A DNA stretch of 60,576 nt, taken from contig CAJQHO010000038.1 of the NCBI GenBank assembly GCA_905478185.1, forward strand, positions 1-60,576. Direction: 5' to 3'. Positions 44,117-54,305 of this stretch are shown here, piece by piece. The position numbers and the translations under genes are program-made. The notes under the pieces were generated by a model. The model saw only the letters and a program-made list of their open reading frames with translations. It was not told where the DNA came from and made no database searches. Positions within the stretch are counted from its first letter, which is position 1, and each line of letters begins with the position of its first letter. Source of the DNA: an uncultured Flavobacteriales bacterium. GTDB taxonomy: Bacteria > Bacteroidota > Bacteroidia > Flavobacteriales > BACL11.

Positions 44117-44890
44117 ATGGGAAGAATAATTGCAATTGCAAACCAAAAAGGAGGGGTAGGGAAAACAACAACTGCTATGAATTTAGCAGGGAGTCTAGGA
44201 GTGCTAGAAAAGAAAGTATTACTTGTTGATGCTGACCCACAAGCCAATGCTACATCAGGAGTTGGACACAACCCACAAGAAATAAAACAAGGAATATATG
44301 AATGTTTAATTGGAAATGCTATAGCTAAAGATTGTATACTTGAAACGAGAAGCCCTAACCTTGATTTACTCCCAGCAAATATTGATTTGGTAGGTGCCGA
44401 GCTAGAACTTGTAAACCTGGAAGAAAGAGAGTACAAGATGAAAAAAGTACTTGATCCTATACAAGATAATTACGATTACATTATTATTGATTGTGCTCCA
44501 TCATTAGGGCTTTTAACTTTGAATGCTTTATCAGCAGCAGATAGCGTAATAGTACCTATACAATGCGAATATTTTGCATTAGAAGGGCTTGGAAAATTAC
44601 TCAACACAATAAAAGTAGTACAACAAAGGCTCAACATTAACCTAGAGATTGAAGGACTACTCCTTACTATGTATGATACTCGTTTGCGCCTATCCAACCA
44701 AGTAGTTGAAGAAGTAAAAAAACACTTCCAAGACATGGTATTTAAAACAATTATCCAGAGAAATGTGCGTTTAGGAGAAGCACCATCATTTGGAGAAACA
44801 ATTGTAATACATGACGCAACAAGTAAAGGGGCAATCAACTACCTTAATTTAGCTGATGAATTACTTAAAAAACTGCAAGTAACTGTATAA
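44117..44890 (+). CDS. parA: Chromosome partitioning ATPase ParA/Soj
   Basis: Deviant Walker [12 protein letters not shown], and IIIDC.PSLG. Confidence 0.93.
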   Translation: MGRIIAIANQKGGVGKTTTAMNLAGSLGVLEKKVLLVDADPQANATSGVGHNPQEIKQGIYECLIGNAIAKDCILETRSPNLDLLPANIDLVGAELELVNLEEREYKMKKVLDPIQDNYDYIIIDCAPSLGLLTLNALSAADSVIVPIQCEYFALEGLGKLLNTIKVVQQRLNINLEIEGLLLTMYDTRLRLSNQVVEEVKKHFQDMVFKTIIQRNVRLGEAPSFGETIVIHDATSKGAINYLNLADELLKKLQVTV

Positions 44891-44892
44891 TT

Positions 44893-45807
44893 ATGACAAA
44901 AAAGAAAAGCTCATTAGGTAGAGGGTTAGCATCTATATTAGGGACTAGCTCTTCTGACATTACAAGCAAACCAACTACTGATATAAAAACTGAAACTCCT
45001 GTTGTAGGAACAACTCATGAAATTCTTATTTCGCAAATAGTAACGAATCCATTTCAACCAAGAACAGAGTTTAATCAAGAAAAATTAAATGAGTTAGCTG
45101 TATCTATTGAGCAACTAGGAATCATTCAGCCCATTACAGTTCGTGAAATGGGATATGATAAATTCCAATTGATTTCTGGAGAAAGAAGATTTAGAGCATC
45201 ACAAATTGCAGGGCTTGATAAAATACCTGCATTTGTAAGAATTGCTAACGACCAAGAAATGCTTGAAATGGCATTGGTAGAAAATATACAAAGAGAAAAC
45301 TTAAACCCTATAGAAGTAGCACTAAGTTACCAAAGACTCATTGATGAAATAAAACTTACGCAAGAACAATGCTCGGAGAGGGTTGGAAAAAACAGATCAA
45401 CAGTTACTAATTTTTTAAGGCTTTTAAAGCTTCCTGAAATTATACAAAAAGGGCTAAGAGATGGTTTAATTTCTAACGGACACGCAAAAGCATTACTAGC
45501 AATAAAAGATGAAAATTCACAAATCAACCTTTTTCATGATACAGTTGCAAATGGATACTCAGTACGAGAAGTAGAGCAGTTAGCTAAGGAGTTTTCTACT
45601 AGCACTTACACAAGAACTTCAAAGTCCAAAGTAGTTAACACTCCTACTCCACTTGCTTTTTCTCAGCAAAAAATGGCTCATGATTTATCAAGAAATTTGG
45701 AAAAGGATGTAGAATTAAAGCGCAACAAAAAAGGAAAAGGGAAATTGATTATTCCATTTGCTAATGATGAAGATTTAGAGCGCATATTCAACATTCTAAA
45801 CAATTAA
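44893..45807 (+). CDS. parB: Chromosome partitioning protein ParB/Spo0J
   Basis: LGRGL..IL, NPFQPR, the GERRFRA box and an HTH region. Confidence 0.93.
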   Translation: MTKKKSSLGRGLASILGTSSSDITSKPTTDIKTETPVVGTTHEILISQIVTNPFQPRTEFNQEKLNELAVSIEQLGIIQPITVREMGYDKFQLISGERRFRASQIAGLDKIPAFVRIANDQEMLEMALVENIQRENLNPIEVALSYQRLIDEIKLTQEQCSERVGKNRSTVTNFLRLLKLPEIIQKGLRDGLISNGHAKALLAIKDENSQINLFHDTVANGYSVREVEQLAKEFSTSTYTRTSKSKVVNTPTPLAFSQQKMAHDLSRNLEKDVELKRNKKGKGKLIIPFANDEDLERIFNILNN

Positions 45808-45808
45808 A

Positions 45809-46312
45809 TTGTCCGTTCTTAAAAAAATATTAATTGCTTTTTTTGTAGGATTTTCCTTTACAACATCAGCACAAGAATATGGAGAAAAAATCCCAAAAAA
45901 AGCAGGATTATATTCTGCAATACTTCCTGGATCTGGGCAAGTTTACACCAAAAAATACTGGAAAGTTCCTGTAATTTATGGGGGACTTATCACCTCAGCT
46001 TACTACATAAACGAAAGTAATGATTTGTACCAATTGTATAAATCTACTTACCTAAACAGATTAGATGGAGATTTCTCTGATAACTTAAACTATTCTGATA
46101 GTGATTTAAGAACATTAACCGAACATTACAGAAGAAACAGAGAGGTATCAGCATTGCTGTTCACACTCACTTATATTTTAAACATCGTTGATGCCTCAGT
46201 AAATGCACATCTGTTTGACTATGATGTGAGTGAGGATTTATCATTACACATACAACCTGTATATTTTTCAAAAGAAAATGCAAGTGGTTTTTCGTTATCC
46301 TTTAATTTATAA
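45809..46312 (+). CDS. DUF5683 domain-containing protein
   Basis: SAILPGSGQVYTKKYWKVPVIYGG motif; TTG start 1 nt after the parB stop. Confidence 0.7.
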   Translation: MSVLKKILIAFFVGFSFTTSAQEYGEKIPKKAGLYSAILPGSGQVYTKKYWKVPVIYGGLITSAYYINESNDLYQLYKSTYLNRLDGDFSDNLNYSDSDLRTLTEHYRRNREVSALLFTLTYILNIVDASVNAHLFDYDVSEDLSLHIQPVYFSKENASGFSLSFNL

Positions 46313-46321
46313 ATTTGTCCT

Positions 46322-46990
46322 ATGAATATTGCAATTTTAGGAAACGGAAGAATGGGCAAAAGAATTAGTGAATTAGCTACAAAGAAAGGACACACAATTG
46401 TTGCTACCTCATCATCAGAAAAACCTGCAAACACTTTAGATTTCAGTTCTACTGATGTGGCTATTGATTTCAGCACTCCATCTACTGCATTTGCAAATAT
46501 CAGCCATGCAATAAACAGTGGTATTCCTGTTATTTCAGGAACAACTGGTTGGTTAGAAAACCTAAAAGAAATAGAGAATTTATGCCAAACAAAAAAAGGA
46601 GCATTTTTATATGCTTCAAATTTTAGCTTAGGAGTAAATTTGTTTTTTGAACTGAACAAAAAGTTAGCTCAACTGATGAAAAATCATGATTACGAAAGTA
46701 AAATTCATGAAGTACATCATACCCGAAAATTAGATTCACCAAGCGGTACGGCCATTACATTAGGAGAACAAATGCAGGAGATAACAAATACTAAATCAGT
46801 TATTACTGCTGATAGAATTAATGATATTGCCGGAACACATATAATAAGTTACACTTCAGCAGTTGATGAAATTGAAATAAAACACACTGCTAAAAATAGA
46901 GATGGATTTGCAATGGGGGCAATTATTGCAGCCGATTGGATTATTGGGAAAAAAGGAGTTTTTAGCATGAAAGATGTTTTAGAACAATAA
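46322..46990 (+). CDS. dapB: 4-hydroxy-tetrahydrodipicolinate reductase
   Basis: N-terminal GNGRMG Rossmann; E.HH..K.D.PSGTA catalytic motif. Confidence 0.9.
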   Translation: MNIAILGNGRMGKRISELATKKGHTIVATSSSEKPANTLDFSSTDVAIDFSTPSTAFANISHAINSGIPVISGTTGWLENLKEIENLCQTKKGAFLYASNFSLGVNLFFELNKKLAQLMKNHDYESKIHEVHHTRKLDSPSGTAITLGEQMQEITNTKSVITADRINDIAGTHIISYTSAVDEIEIKHTAKNRDGFAMGAIIAADWIIGKKGVFSMKDVLEQ

Positions 46991-47016
46991 AAAAAGAAAA
47001 AATCGTTTTTAAGATT

Positions 47017-48279
47017 ATGAAAAAATTAAAAGAAGTATTAGGAAAATCATTTAAAGTTGTAATGTTTATAGTTGCAACAATTATATGGAGTTTGTTTGTC
47101 TATACTATTGATGGAGAATGGCTCTATTTTTTACCTTTAATTGCTGGTGATATTTTATTTTGGGAAACAATCTCATGGCAGTTCTGGAAGAAAAAGGAAA
47201 AGAAACCTAAGAAGAAAAAAGGTGAACTAAGAAGCTGGTTTGATGCAATTGGTTTTGCAGTAATTGCAGCAACTATTTTACGAACTTTCCTTATTGAAGC
47301 CTATACTATTCCTACTTCATCAATGGAAAAATCAATGTTAGTTGGTGATTTCTTATTTGTAAGTAAAGTTGCTTATGGCCCTAGAGTACCTATGACTCCA
47401 ATTGCATTTCCTTTAGTACACCATACCATGCCAATTGGAGGAGGAAAATCATACTCAGAAAGCGTAAAATTACCTTATCACAGAATGAAAGGCTTACATA
47501 ATATTGAACGAAATGATTGTGTAGTGTTTAACTGGCCAGCTGAGGACATTGGAAGGCCAGTTGATAAAAAAGAAAACTATGTAAAAAGATGTGTTGGTAT
47601 TCCTGGAGATGTGCTTGAACTTAAAAATGCACAGTTGTTTGTAAATGGTGCTCCTCAAGAAGAATTTGAAGGAATGAAAAAACAGTGGCGCTATACTGTA
47701 AGCACACAAGGCACAGGTTTAAACCCAAAGATACTTTACGAAAAGTACGATATAACTGAGGGTGGTTATGGCAGAAATAGAAATGAATACAGCTTAACCC
47801 TAACCAACAACAGCCGTGATGCTTTAAAGACTTTTCCGAATGTAACTAAGATTGATAAAAACATTGAGAAGCAAGAGCTATATGCTGATTATATTTTTCC
47901 GCATGATGAGAATTATAAATGGAATGTAGATAATTTTGGTCCAATTACAATTCCAAAAGCTGGTGAAACTGTAATTATTACAACTAAAAACCTTTCAATC
48001 TACAAAGATATTATTGAAAGGTATGAGAATAATAAACTAGAGATAGTGGATGGTGAAATTTACATCAATGATAAAGTTGCTACTACCTATACTTTTTCAA
48101 TGGATTATTACTGGATGATGGGAGATAACAGACATAATTCTGCTGATAGTAGGTTCTGGGGATTTGTACCTGAAAACCATATTGTTGGGAAAGCTTTATT
48201 CGTTTGGATGAGTTGGGATACAAATGCAAAAGGTCTGAAAAAAATCAGATGGAACAGACTATTTAGAAGTGTTAAATAA
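47017..48279 (+). CDS. lepB: Signal peptidase I
   Basis: Catalytic Ser box IPTSSMEKSMLVGD, Lys box YVKRCVG.PGD and GDNRHNSADSRFWGFVP. Confidence 0.92.
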   Translation: MKKLKEVLGKSFKVVMFIVATIIWSLFVYTIDGEWLYFLPLIAGDILFWETISWQFWKKKEKKPKKKKGELRSWFDAIGFAVIAATILRTFLIEAYTIPTSSMEKSMLVGDFLFVSKVAYGPRVPMTPIAFPLVHHTMPIGGGKSYSESVKLPYHRMKGLHNIERNDCVVFNWPAEDIGRPVDKKENYVKRCVGIPGDVLELKNAQLFVNGAPQEEFEGMKKQWRYTVSTQGTGLNPKILYEKYDITEGGYGRNRNEYSLTLTNNSRDALKTFPNVTKIDKNIEKQELYADYIFPHDENYKWNVDNFGPITIPKAGETVIITTKNLSIYKDIIERYENNKLEIVDGEIYINDKVATTYTFSMDYYWMMGDNRHNSADSRFWGFVPENHIVGKALFVWMSWDTNAKGLKKIRWNRLFRSVK

Positions 48280-48886
48280 CCCTTTATTACCTACTGCTTA
48301 TTTAGCCCCAATTTCCTATTACGCTATTTTATTGCAACATAAAAATTGCAACATAGAAATGCATGAGCATTTTGTAAAACAAAGCATCAGAAACAGATGT
48401 GAAATTTATGGTGCTAATGGAAAATTAAGATTAACTATTCCTAAAGAGAGAAAAGGAAGTAGTAAAACCATTATCAAGGAAATCAAAATTTCATATAAAG
48501 AAGATTGGCAAAAACTACATTGGAATGCCATAAAATCAGCTTACAACTCCTCCCCTTTTTTTGAATACTACCAAGATGAACTTGAGCCTTTTTTCAAAAA
48601 AAAAGAAAGTAATCTAGTTGATTTTAACAACAAATTACAAGAAGTAATTCTTGAACTTTTACAAAAAGATAAAGGTCCTGATTTTACAACATCATATCAT
48701 CATAAAACAGAGTTTGCTGATTTAAGAAATCATGATTTCATCTTAGAGAACTCATCAAAATACAACCAAGTATTTATGGAAAAGAACGGTTTTATTCCTA
48801 ACCTCTCTATTTTGGATTTACTCTTTAATTTAGGGCCTGAAAGTTCAGATTATTTGCATAATATAGACATTAGTATTGAAATTTAA
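48269..48886 (+). CDS. WbqC-family protein
   Basis: LPTAYLAPISYYA...QS.RNRC.I motif typical of WbqC-like proteins. 11-nt overlap with lepB. Confidence 0.75.
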   Translation: MLNNPLLPTAYLAPISYYAILLQHKNCNIEMHEHFVKQSIRNRCEIYGANGKLRLTIPKERKGSSKTIIKEIKISYKEDWQKLHWNAIKSAYNSSPFFEYYQDELEPFFKKKESNLVDFNNKLQEVILELLQKDKGPDFTTSYHHKTEFADLRNHDFILENSSKYNQVFMEKNGFIPNLSILDLLFNLGPESSDYLHNIDISIEI

Positions 48887-48904
48887 GATTCTAGACAAAA
48901 TAAG

Positions 48905-48936
48905 TCTAACATCTAATTACTAATATCTAACATCTA
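48905..48936 (+). repeat. Two 11-bp direct repeats (TCTAACATCTA) spaced 21 bp start to start
   Basis: Identical copies at 48905-48915 and 48926-48936, just upstream of the carboxyltransferase gene. Confidence 0.5.
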
Positions 48937-48964
48937 TTTTCTATTTTTGACAAAAAATTACAGC

Positions 48965-50596
48965 ATGGCAGATTTAGATTTCAATAAGAATGATGATAAA
49001 ATGAGGTTGCTTATTTCAGAAATGAAAAGAAAGCATGCTCAAGTATCTTTAGGAGGAGGAAAAAAGAAGATTGAAAAACAACATGCCAAAGGAAAACTTA
49101 CTGCTCGTGAGCGTATTGACTACCTAAAAGATACTGATGCCAGCTTTTTAGAAATTGGTGCTTTTGTTGGAGTTGGAATGTATGCTGAATATGGTGGCTG
49201 TCCATCAGGTGGGGTTGTTGCAGGTATGACTTATGTAAAAGAGGTGCAATGTATAGTAGTTGCCAATGATGCTACTGTAAAAGCTGGTGCTTGGTTCCCC
49301 ATAACAGCCAAAAAGAATTTGCGTTTGCAAGAAATTGCAATGGAGAACAGATTACCAATCATCTACTTGGTGGACAGTGCAGGAGTATTTTTACCAATGC
49401 AAGATGAGATATTCCCAGACAAAGAACACTTTGGTAGAATGTTTCGAAATAATGCTCGTATGAGTTCAATGGGAATTACACAAATTTCTGCTGTAATGGG
49501 AAGCTGTGTCGCTGGTGGAGCTTACCTTCCTATTATGTCTGATGAAGCACTAATTGTAGACAAAACAGGATCTATATTTTTGGCAGGGAGTTACCTAGTA
49601 AAAGCGGCTATTGGGGAGAGCATTGATAACGAAACTTTAGGTGGTGCGACTACTCATTGCGAAATTTCAGGCGTTACGGATTACAAAGCAAAGAACGATA
49701 AAGATGCTTTGGATAAAATTCGAAATATAATGGATAAAATTGGGGATAGCGAAAAGGCAGGTTTCAACAGGAAAGAAAGTAAAGCTCCAAAAGAGAACGA
49801 AAGAGAAATTTATGGAATATTACCTAGGGACAGAGCAAAACCTTACAACATGAGGGGCATCATTGCTCGACTTGTAGATGATTCCGAATTTGAAGAATAC
49901 AAAGAAGGATACGGACAATCCCTAATTTGCGGATATGCCAGAGTACATGGTTGGGCAGTCGGTATTGTTGCCAACCAAAGAGAGATGATAAAAACCAAAA
50001 AAGGAGAAATGCAATTTGGGGGTGTTATCTATTCAGACTCGGCAGATAAAGCAGCACGATTTATTGCCAATTGTAATCAAAAGAAAATACCATTGGTATT
50101 CTTGCAAGATGTTACTGGATTTATGGTAGGCTCTCGTTCCGAGCATGGTGGAATTATAAAAGATGGTGCCAAAATGGTTAATGCTATGGCTAATTCTGTA
50201 GTTCCTAAATTTACGGTTATTATAGGGAATTCATATGGTGCAGGAAACTATGCTATGTGTGGTAAGGCTTACGATCCAAGACTAATTGTTGCTTGGCCTA
50301 CTGCTCAGTTAGCGGTTATGGGAGGAGAACAAGCTGCTAAGGTTTTATTGCAGATTGAAAAAGCATCTTTAAAAGCAAAAGGAGAAGAAATTGATGAAAA
50401 AGTAGAAAAGGAACTTTTAAAAACTATTACTGATAGATACAACAAACAAACCTCTCCTTATTATGCTGCTTCTCGTTTGTGGGTAGATGCTATTATCGAC
50501 CCACTAGAAACGCGTAAAGTAATCTCTATGGGAATAGAAGCAGCCAACAATGCACCAGTAAAAGAAGCTTATAATCCTGGGATTATTCAGAGTTAG
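48965..50596 (+). CDS. Acyl-CoA carboxylase carboxyltransferase (beta) subunit (methylcrotonyl-/propionyl-CoA type)
   Basis: GGG.KK.E.QH.KGKLTARERI and DSAG..LP...E.F crotonase-fold carboxyltransferase motifs. Start at MADLDF; the track used a TTG at 48947. Confidence 0.88.
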   Translation: MADLDFNKNDDKMRLLISEMKRKHAQVSLGGGKKKIEKQHAKGKLTARERIDYLKDTDASFLEIGAFVGVGMYAEYGGCPSGGVVAGMTYVKEVQCIVVANDATVKAGAWFPITAKKNLRLQEIAMENRLPIIYLVDSAGVFLPMQDEIFPDKEHFGRMFRNNARMSSMGITQISAVMGSCVAGGAYLPIMSDEALIVDKTGSIFLAGSYLVKAAIGESIDNETLGGATTHCEISGVTDYKAKNDKDALDKIRNIMDKIGDSEKAGFNRKESKAPKENEREIYGILPRDRAKPYNMRGIIARLVDDSEFEEYKEGYGQSLICGYARVHGWAVGIVANQREMIKTKKGEMQFGGVIYSDSADKAARFIANCNQKKIPLVFLQDVTGFMVGSRSEHGGIIKDGAKMVNAMANSVVPKFTVIIGNSYGAGNYAMCGKAYDPRLIVAWPTAQLAVMGGEQAAKVLLQIEKASLKAKGEEIDEKVEKELLKTITDRYNKQTSPYYAASRLWVDAIIDPLETRKVISMGIEAANNAPVKEAYNPGIIQS

Positions 50597-50642
50597 AATA
50601 AAAAATCATTCCCTATATTTGCACCCTTAATAACAAGAATAA

Positions 50643-52586
50643 ATGATTAACATTACTCTTCCTGATGGAAGTATTAAACAAGTAGAAAGCGGAACTTCAG
50701 CTATGGATATTGCCATTGGTATTTCTGAAGGTTTAGCACGGAATGTGCTATCGGCTAGTGTAAACGGAGAAGTTTGGGATGCAAACCGTGCTATCACTAC
50801 CGATTCTACCCTTACCCTACATACTTGGAATGATAAACAAGGAAAGATGAGTTTTTGGCATTCTTCTGCACACATTATGGCAGAAGCTTTAGAAGCTCTT
50901 TATCCTGGGGTTAAGTTAGGTATTGGTCCTGCAATCGATAATGGATTCTATTACGATATCGATTTAGGAGACAGAGTCTTATCTTCTGATGAGTTACCTA
51001 AAATTGAGCAAAAAATGAAAGAATTAGCTTCTCAGAAAATGTCGTTTGAAAGAAAGGATGTTTCAAAAGAAGAAGCAATTGCTTATTTTACTGAAAAAGG
51101 AGATGAATATAAGCTAGAATTACTAGAAGGATTAGAAGATGGAAACATCACTTTCTACTCACAAGGTAATTTCACTGATTTATGTAGAGGTCCGCATATT
51201 CCTTCATCAGGAAAAATAAAGGCAATTAAATTATTAAATATTGCAGGAGCTTATTGGAGAGGAGACGAGAACCGTAAGCAACTTACTCGTATTTATGGAG
51301 TGTCATTTCCTAAACAAAAAGAACTTACTGCACATCTAGAATTATTAGAGGAAGCTAAAAAGCGTGACCATAGAAAATTAGGGAAAGAAATGGAGCTGTT
51401 TACTTTTTCACAAAAGGTTGGTCAAGGTTTACCATTATGGTTACCAAAAGGTGCTCAACTCCGTGAAAAATTAGAGAACTTACTTAAAAAAGCACAAACA
51501 CAAGCAGGTTATTTACCTGTAATCACACCACATATCGGCCATAAAGATTTATATGTTTGTTCTGGTCATTACGAAAAATACGGAGAGGATTCTTTCCAAC
51601 CTATCCGAACTCCTAATGAGGGAGAAGAGTTTTTCTTAAAACCTATGAACTGCCCTCACCATTGTGAGATTTATAAATCAAAGCAATATTCTTACCGTGA
51701 TTTACCCGTTCGTTTTGCAGAGTTTGGTACTGTTTATCGTTACGAACAATCAGGAGAATTGCATGGTTTAACTCGTGTCAGAGGATTTACTCAAGATGAT
51801 GCGCATTTATTTGTTCGCCCTGACCAAGTAAAGCAAGAGTTTATTAATGTTATTGACCTTGTCCTTTATGTTTTCAATGCCTTAGGTTTTGAAGATTTTA
51901 AAGCACAAATCTCTTTACGTGACCCTGAAAACAAAGCTAAATATATTGGTTCGGATGAAAACTGGGAGAAAGCAGAATCTGCAATTATTGAAGCAGCTGC
52001 TGAAAAAGGATTAGAAACAGTTGTTGAATATGGAGAAGCAGCATTTTATGGTCCTAAGTTAGATTTTATGGTAAAAGATGCTTTAGGGAGAGAATGGCAA
52101 TTAGGAACAATTCAAGTAGATTACAATTTACCAGAGCGTTTTGAACTAGAATACACAGGTACTGATAACAAGAAACACAGACCAGTAATGATACACAGAG
52201 CGCCATTCGGTTCTATGGAGCGATTTGTAGCAGTTCTAATTGAGCATTGCGGTGGCAACTTCCCTCTTTGGCTAGCCCCTGATCAGTTTATAATATTACC
52301 TATCAGTGAGAAATATCACGATTATGCAGAAAAAGTATCTCAATTCCTAAAAAAATACGATATTTGCGGCCCAATTGACCATAGGGCTGAAACTACCGGA
52401 AGAAAGATTAGAGATGCAGAAGTTTCAAAAGTACCTTACATCATAATTGTGGGAGAGAGAGAGGAAAATGAAGGAACAATCTCAGTTCGTAAGCATGGTG
52501 GTGAAGATTTAGGCAGTATCTCTTTAGAGAAATTTATAGATTTGATAACAAAAGAAATAGATAATTTAACAGCTTTTAATAACTAA
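50643..52586 (+). CDS. thrS: Threonine--tRNA ligase
   Basis: TGS domain ([10 protein letters not shown]), editing domain (HSSAH), class II motifs and a C-terminal anticodon-binding domain. Confidence 0.96.
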   Translation: MINITLPDGSIKQVESGTSAMDIAIGISEGLARNVLSASVNGEVWDANRAITTDSTLTLHTWNDKQGKMSFWHSSAHIMAEALEALYPGVKLGIGPAIDNGFYYDIDLGDRVLSSDELPKIEQKMKELASQKMSFERKDVSKEEAIAYFTEKGDEYKLELLEGLEDGNITFYSQGNFTDLCRGPHIPSSGKIKAIKLLNIAGAYWRGDENRKQLTRIYGVSFPKQKELTAHLELLEEAKKRDHRKLGKEMELFTFSQKVGQGLPLWLPKGAQLREKLENLLKKAQTQAGYLPVITPHIGHKDLYVCSGHYEKYGEDSFQPIRTPNEGEEFFLKPMNCPHHCEIYKSKQYSYRDLPVRFAEFGTVYRYEQSGELHGLTRVRGFTQDDAHLFVRPDQVKQEFINVIDLVLYVFNALGFEDFKAQISLRDPENKAKYIGSDENWEKAESAIIEAAAEKGLETVVEYGEAAFYGPKLDFMVKDALGREWQLGTIQVDYNLPERFELEYTGTDNKKHRPVMIHRAPFGSMERFVAVLIEHCGGNFPLWLAPDQFIILPISEKYHDYAEKVSQFLKKYDICGPIDHRAETTGRKIRDAEVSKVPYIIIVGEREENEGTISVRKHGGEDLGSISLEKFIDLITKEIDNLTAFNN

Positions 52587-52598
52587 AATAACAGAACA

Positions 52599-53147
52599 AT
52601 CGCAAAAAAGAGGCCATTTAGAGGAAGGGTAATTAAGAAAAAATTACACAAAACTAATAGAGAAATTACATCAGCATTCGTAAGAATGGTAGGTGAAGGT
52701 GTAGAGCCAAAAATCTGTTCCATTGATGATGCAATAAAAATTGCCAATAACTTAGGACTTGATTTAGTAGAAATTTCACCAAATGTTGACCCTCCAGTTT
52801 GTAAAGTTATTGATTATAAAAAGTTCATTTACGACCAAAAGAAAAAACAAAAAGCGATAAAAAGCAAGGCGCAAAAGGTTGTAATAAAAGAATTAAGGTT
52901 CGGTCCAAACACTGGAGAACATGATTTTGATTTTAAATTGAAACATGCCAAAAGTTTTTTGGAAGATGGAGCAAAAGTAAAAGCGTTTGTATTCTTTAGA
53001 GGAAGATCAATTGTATTTAAAGACCAAGGACAAATTTTACTTTTAAAACTTGCACAAGCCCTAGAAGACATAGGAGTAGTAGAAAATATGCCAAAGCTTG
53101 AAGGAAAGAAAATGATAATGATAATAGCACCAAAAAAGAAGAAATAA
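52599..53147 (+). CDS. infC: Translation initiation factor IF-3 with probable non-AUG (AUC) start
   Basis: The track ORF (52686) lacks the conserved N-terminus. The frame stays open back to the thrS stop and encodes IAKKRPFRGRVIKKKLHKTNREITSAFVRMVGEG, typical IF-3 N-terminal sequence. ATC at 52599 is the first plausible near-cognate start. Confidence 0.75.
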   Translation: MAKKRPFRGRVIKKKLHKTNREITSAFVRMVGEGVEPKICSIDDAIKIANNLGLDLVEISPNVDPPVCKVIDYKKFIYDQKKKQKAIKSKAQKVVIKELRFGPNTGEHDFDFKLKHAKSFLEDGAKVKAFVFFRGRSIVFKDQGQILLLKLAQALEDIGVVENMPKLEGKKMIMIIAPKKKK

Positions 53148-53159
53148 AACTAAGAGACA

Positions 53160-53354
53160 ATGCCAAAAATGAAAACAAAGGCTGGAGCCAAAAAGAGATT
53201 CAAACTTACAGGTTCTGGTAAACTAAAAAGAAAGCATGCGTTTAAGTCACACATCTTAACAAAGAAAGAGACTAAACAAAAGCACAACTTAACTAAGACT
53301 GGATATGTATCAAAATCTGATACTAAGAGTGTTAAACTTCAGTTAGGAATTTAA
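53160..53354 (+). CDS. rpmI: 50S ribosomal protein L35
   Basis: MPKMKTK.GA.KRFK.TGSGK.KR..A.K.H.L..K. Confidence 0.95.
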   Translation: MPKMKTKAGAKKRFKLTGSGKLKRKHAFKSHILTKKETKQKHNLTKTGYVSKSDTKSVKLQLGI

Positions 53355-53439
53355 AAACAAATTAGGTTATTAACCAGGTATGTAGTTCAAACAAGGGCAC
53401 AAAAATTTAAAGCCACTATACACCAAAAACAATTAAATT

Positions 53440-53784
53440 ATGCCAAGATCGGTCAATTCAGTAGCTGCAAAAGCTAGAAGAAAAGCAATATTAAAAGCTG
53501 CCAAAGGTTACTTTGGGAGAAGAAAAAATGTACATACAGTAGCAAAGAATGCTGTAGAAAAAGGTTTGCAATATGCATACCGTGATAGAAAAAACAAAAA
53601 AAGAACTTTCCGTGCATTATGGATTCAAAGAATCAATGCAGGAACAAGACAGTTTGGAATGTCTTATTCAGTATTTATGGGTAAAGTTCACGCTAATGGA
53701 ATCGAATTAAATAGAAAGGTTTTAGCTGATTTAGCAATGAACCATCCAGAAGCTTTTAAAGCAGTAGTGGATAAAGTAAAATAA
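53440..53784 (+). CDS. rplT: 50S ribosomal protein L20
   Basis: MPRSVNSVA...RRK.ILK.AKGY.G.R and RD.R..KR.FR.LWI.RINA. Confidence 0.95.
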   Translation: MPRSVNSVAAKARRKAILKAAKGYFGRRKNVHTVAKNAVEKGLQYAYRDRKNKKRTFRALWIQRINAGTRQFGMSYSVFMGKVHANGIELNRKVLADLAMNHPEAFKAVVDKVK

Positions 53785-53810
53785 ATTTTTTAGTTGGTGC
53801 TAAAAAAGAA

Positions 53811-53836
53811 AAGGCGATCATTTGTTCGCCTTTTTT
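53811..53836. terminator. Bidirectional terminator between rplT and the convergent YqeY-like gene
   Basis: AAGGCGA (53811-17) / TCGCCTT (53826-32), flanked by an A-run upstream and a T-run downstream. Confidence 0.65.
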
Positions 53837-53855
53837 ATTACTTATATTTTTTAAC

Positions 53856-54305
53856 CTATTTAGAAAGTTCCTCTTTCACTATTTTAGAAATAAGCGCACC
53901 ATCTGCTTTCCCGTTAAGCCTACCCATTAATGGTACCATGCATTTTCCCATATCAGCAGGAGATGATGCACCAACCTTTGCAATAACTTCTTGCACAACT
54001 TTTCTAACTTCTTCCACTCCCATTTGAACTGGTAAATAAGGCTCTAAATAAGCCAATTGATTCACTTCATCAACAGCTAAATCTGGTCTATTTTGTTCTG
54101 TAAAAATAGCAGCAGAATCTTTTCTTTGCTTTACTAATTTAGCAATTAATTTTAATGAAATTTCATCAGAAATCTCAGGAATTCCCTCTTTAGTTGCTTC
54201 TAGCATTATTGCAGATTTTACAGCTCTCAGTGCTGCAAGTTTATCTACATTTTTAGCTTTCATAGCATCTTTAATATCAGTATTTATTTGTTCTTGTACG
54301 CTCAT
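53856..54305 (-). CDS. GatB/YqeY domain-containing protein
   Basis: I..D.K.AMKAK....L..LR.....I and the C-terminal MG..MG.. pattern typical of YqeY. Confidence 0.85.
   Translation of the reverse strand: MSVQEQINTDIKDAMKAKNVDKLAALRAVKSAIMLEATKEGIPEISDEISLKLIAKLVKQRKDSAAIFTEQNRPDLAVDEVNQLAYLEPYLPVQMGVEEVRKVVQEVIAKVGASSPADMGKCMVPLMGRLNGKADGALISKIVKEELSK

Noticed and set aside
44050-44838. Two minus-strand ORFs (128 and 120 aa) opposite parA
   Set aside because: The parA call is unambiguous (deviant Walker A). The antisense products are low-complexity.
43963-45807. A parS site (TGTTTCACGTGAAACA-like) near or inside parAB
   Set aside because: I found no 16-bp parS-like palindrome by eye in the parAB region or its flanks. 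The GTGAAACG in the 24.2-kb repeat is only a half-site resemblance. This needs a genome-wide pattern search.
46219-46659. A 146-aa minus-strand ORF across the DUF5683/dapB junction
   Set aside because: It is antisense to dapB, which has clear motifs. It spans an intergenic gap and has no family resemblance.
50627-50875. An 82-aa minus-strand ORF over the thrS start, plus the similar 52829-53071, 53794-54027 and 55170-55463 ORFs
   Set aside because: They are antisense to thrS, infC, the YqeY-like gene and the TPR/recA genes respectively, so they are spurious.
53355-53439. The 85-nt rpmI-rplT spacer as a possible L20-binding regulatory leader
   Set aside because: I could find no convincing pseudoknot or stem by eye. 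The known L20 operators lie upstream of infC or rpmI in other phyla, so the evidence is insufficient.
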